NCBI GenBank assembly: GCA_043803685.1
Contig: JAZDJU010000114.1
Location: forward strand, 1-51,005
Source: Candidatus Omnitrophota bacterium
GTDB lineage: Bacteria > Omnitrophota > Omnitrophia > Omnitrophales > Aquincolibacteriaceae
Direction of reading: 5' to 3'
Length of the DNA stretch: 51,005 bases
Below are positions 48,426-51,005 of this stretch, piece after piece. The notes below the pieces were generated by a model. The model searched no databases. It had not been told where the DNA came from and saw only the letters and a list, made by a program, of their open reading frames with translations. Every line of letters begins with the position of its first letter. Positions within the stretch are counted from its first letter, which is position 1. A program made the position numbers and the translations under genes.

Positions 48426-48480
48426 CGGGGAACGGGGAACGAAAAACTTTATCGTCCAACTTGTCCCGTTGACCGTTCGC
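48426..48480. repeat. Inverted heptamer-array hairpin (AACG/CGTT type)
   Basis: CGGGGAA CGGGGAA CGAAAAA ... CGTCCAA CTTGTCC CGTTGAC CGTTCGC. Confidence 0.7.
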
Positions 48481-48494
48481 AGAAAAATCCATTT

Positions 48495-48935
48495 TCAGGA
48501 TTTTTCTGCAAGATCCTTCCAGTTGGCGAGCGTATTCTCGAAGCTCTGGTCGAGGATGTTCTTAACCTTAGCTTCCCCGAGAAGCATCCCCGCGATCCCA
48601 AGGTCCCAGAGAAATTCCACCGAAACCTCAACGCCTTCTTGTCCGGGGCTAAAAACAAGCGTGCGCGTCATCGAACCATTCATGGGAAGAACGCTTTGGA
48701 TCACAGCCTTGCTCATGGGCTCCCAAACTTTCATTTCGTGCTCGACTTCGATGTGCTGGCGATCCAGAACACAACTTTCACGCCAACGCATTCCTTTACC
48801 TTCCCGGATGGCACCTGTTCGCTCGCTTTCCTTGACCCCGTCCACCCATTCGGGCGTACGCGTCACGTCGGCAAGAATGGCCCAGATCGTTTCGAGTGAA
48901 GCTTTGATCTGAATTTGTTTTTTGAGTGAATTCAT
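48495..48935 (-). CDS. SRPBCC (polyketide cyclase/START-like) family protein
   Basis: IQIKASLETIWAILAD..TPEWVDGV; C-terminal helix FENTLANWKDLAE. Confidence 0.8.
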   Translation of the reverse strand: MNSLKKQIQIKASLETIWAILADVTRTPEWVDGVKESERTGAIREGKGMRWRESCVLDRQHIEVEHEMKVWEPMSKAVIQSVLPMNGSMTRTLVFSPGQEGVEVSVEFLWDLGIAGMLLGEAKVKNILDQSFENTLANWKDLAEKS

Positions 48936-48943
48936 TTTTCAAT

Positions 48944-49013
48944 CCTGGGGCCACGACCCAAGATCCACGAGCCACGTAATTTCTTCGTGGTTCGTGGCCC
49001 GTGGAACGTGGCG
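48944..49013. repeat. Inverted heptamer-array hairpin (CCACG type)
   Basis: CCACGAC CCAAGAT CCACGAG CCACGTA atttctt CGTGGTT CGTGGCC CGTGGAA CGTGGCG. Confidence 0.8.
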
Positions 49014-49015
49014 CT

Positions 49016-49786
49016 TTATTTAAGTTGTATCTCCACCGGCGCATGATCGGACCCCACCACATCCCGCAAGATCGTAGCGCTCTTCACGTGCGGCACAAGG
49101 TCCTGGGTCACAAAATGATAGTCGATCCGCCACCCAACGTTCCTGTCGCGAGCGCCTGACTTCATATCCCACCAGCTGTAATGCCCGGGTTCTTTATGGA
49201 ATTCCCGGAAGATATCCACCTGCCCGTCGTCCACCCATTGATCAAGCCAGGCCCGCTCGACCGGCAAGAACCCCGAGACGTCTTGATTCTCTTTAGGCCT
49301 TGCGAGATCGATCTCCTTATGCGCTGTGTTGTAGTCGCCCGAGATAATAACTTTTTTGCCCTGAGCCTTCAGCACCTTGGTCTGCTTTAACGTCTCCGCA
49401 TAAAAATCCATTTTGTACTGAAGCCGCTCTTCGCTCATCTTTCCATTGGGAAAATAGATGTTGAGAAAAACAAAGCCTGGATACTCCGCGATAAGGACGC
49501 GCCCTTCATCGTCAAATCGCTTCACGCCAAAGCCGCGATTTACGCTAAGAGGCTTTTCTCTCGTGAAGATCGCGACGCCGCTGTAGCCCTTTTTGACCGT
49601 CGACCAGGCCCAATAAGTTTCGTAACCGGCGGGATGCAGCAAAAAAGCATCGAGTTGGTCCGGATGAGCCTTCGTCTCCTGAACGCCTAAAACATCCGGC
49701 TTCTCCATCTCGAGCCATTCCAGAAACTCTTTTTTCTGAATCGCGCGAATACCGTTCACATTCCAGGAGAGGATTTTAAGAGGCAT
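49016..49786 (-). CDS. xth: Exodeoxyribonuclease III / AP endonuclease
   Basis: SWNVNGIRA, VQETK, GYSGVA, EGRV, IYFPNG, GDYNTAH, YSWW, GWRIDY, SDHAP. Confidence 0.95.
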   Translation of the reverse strand: MPLKILSWNVNGIRAIQKKEFLEWLEMEKPDVLGVQETKAHPDQLDAFLLHPAGYETYWAWSTVKKGYSGVAIFTREKPLSVNRGFGVKRFDDEGRVLIAEYPGFVFLNIYFPNGKMSEERLQYKMDFYAETLKQTKVLKAQGKKVIISGDYNTAHKEIDLARPKENQDVSGFLPVERAWLDQWVDDGQVDIFREFHKEPGHYSWWDMKSGARDRNVGWRIDYHFVTQDLVPHVKSATILRDVVGSDHAPVEIQLK

Positions 49787-49797
49787 GCGAGTAAGAT

Positions 49798-50190
49798 CTA
49801 TTTGCTGAGGATTTCGTGAGCGCGTTCCGGTTGGTCGGTCCGGATCACGAGGCAACCGCATTCCTGATTCGGCGTAGCCGTGCAATACGCATAAGCGATA
49901 TTGATATCCGCCTCCGCGAGCGTTTGGCAAATCCGCGCAAGCGTTCCGGTCCGATTATCGATCTCCACGACGACCACATCTTGCTCCATAACATAAAGTT
50001 CTTCTTGTTCGAGAAGGAGCGTTGCTTTGGTAGGATGGTCAACAATAAAACGGATCACTGCGTTATCAACTGTGTCATGGACCGCCATCGCAAGAATGTT
50101 GATACCGGCATCGGAAAGTGTCGCGCACGTGCGCGCCATTACACCGGGGCGATTAGGAAGGAACACGGAAAGCTGTTTTTGGATCGGCAT
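49798..50190 (-). CDS. Tandem ACT-domain protein
   Basis: QLSVFLPNRPGVM..AGINI and EIDNRTGTL..ADINIAYAY; start at MPIQKQ. Confidence 0.88.
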   Translation of the reverse strand: MPIQKQLSVFLPNRPGVMARTCATLSDAGINILAMAVHDTVDNAVIRFIVDHPTKATLLLEQEELYVMEQDVVVVEIDNRTGTLARICQTLAEADINIAYAYCTATPNQECGCLVIRTDQPERAHEILSK

Positions 50191-50316
50191 ATTTAGTCTT
50201 TCCTCTCGAGAGCGAGGGAATCTTACCACGCTTCCCCCAAGCTGACAAATCCTTTGGCCTGAAATAAAAAACACGCACCGAATTTAATCGATGCTGGTTT
50301 TTAAAATAAATCCCGG

Positions 50317-50362
50317 CGGTCCCAATTCCTTTCAATCGAAGCCAAGCTTCGCTTGGGGCCGT
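50317..50362 (-). repeat. ~41-nt dispersed hairpin repeat, copy 3 (diverged)
   Basis: Minus strand GCCCCAAGCGAAGCTTGGCTTCGATTGAAAGGAATTGGGAC. Confidence 0.6.
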
Positions 50363-50461
50363 CCTCGCCAAGAATTTCTTTTTTAAATGTTTGGCGAGGG
50401 CGGTTTGCCATGGCTACTATTGATTTCCCATAATGAAACCATGACTAACGTCTCCCACGCC

Positions 50462-50503
50462 ATAAACAAAAGAGCCGTACCCACTAAAGCAGGTACGGCT
50501 CTT
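50462..50503 (-). terminator. Intrinsic terminator after 5S rRNA
   Basis: AAGAGCCGTACC-loop-GGTACGGCTCTT perfect 12-bp stem followed by a T-rich tract on the minus strand. Confidence 0.8.
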
Positions 50504-50511
50504 GAAATAAA

Positions 50512-50629
50512 TCCCGGCGGTTTGCTACTCTCCCAACGAATTGCTCCGTTAGTACCATCGCCGGTAGAGGGCTTAACTTCCGTATTCGGAATGGGAACGG
50601 GTGTTGCCCCTCTCCTATGGCCACCGGAA
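50512..50629 (-). rRNA. rrf: 5S rRNA
   Basis: CACCCGTTCCCATTCCGAATACGGAAGTTAAG, CGATGGTACT, GGGAGAGTAG; complementary termini. Confidence 0.97.
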
Positions 50630-50802
50630 AGCGATGTCTCCATCCCCGGACATAATACTTCCGGGTTTGAAGCGCAAATTTCAATCTGACCTCCGCTGAT
50701 TATTTCAAATCTCAAATTTGAGATCTAAAATTGATCTAACGGGGTGAATAAGTCCCGACATTTATAATTTCCCTTCGCCTTTTGCGAGACGAAGGTAAAA
50801 GA

Positions 50803-51005
<203 letters not shown>

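Noticed and set aside
2060..49013. Heptamer arrays or 37-41-nt repeats as a CRISPR array
   Set aside because: No regularly spaced identical repeats with unique spacers, and no cas genes
50383..50715. ORFs overlapping the 5S rRNA
   Set aside because: Spurious translations of rRNA and spacer

Overview
A 51-kb bacterial chromosomal segment, probably from Omnitrophota (OP3). That assignment is an inference from the giant secreted protein architecture, not a database result. Positions ~1-30,300 and ~48,500-51,005 hold ordinary housekeeping genes (transporters, msrB-msrA fusion, hss, lpxL-like, rlmD-like, ygiQ, sodB, folA, thyA, Gld-like ABC exporter, ggt-like, split transketolase, mqnD, xth) and the 3' end of an rRNA operon (partial 23S, 5S). 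The main feature is a 5183-aa Sec-signalled giant protein (30385..45936, -). Nine R-S-E-x-R motifs, written with different codons, sit at its module boundaries. Its cargo reads as a full glycogen-degradation line (GH77-like glucanotransferase, GH133-like amylo-1,6-glucosidase, GT35 glucan phosphorylase), plus four helical repeats and a duplicated ~590-aa unknown module. A divergently transcribed 736-aa paralog shares the N-terminal domain and a similar C-terminus but has no cargo. About 20 inverted heptamer-array hairpins with different core sequences sit at gene junctions and inside some ORFs. Also present are two other small dispersed repeat families, a catalytically degenerate GGT and a DHFR frameshifted at a homopolymer. 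All family calls come from motif recognition by eye; no searches were run.
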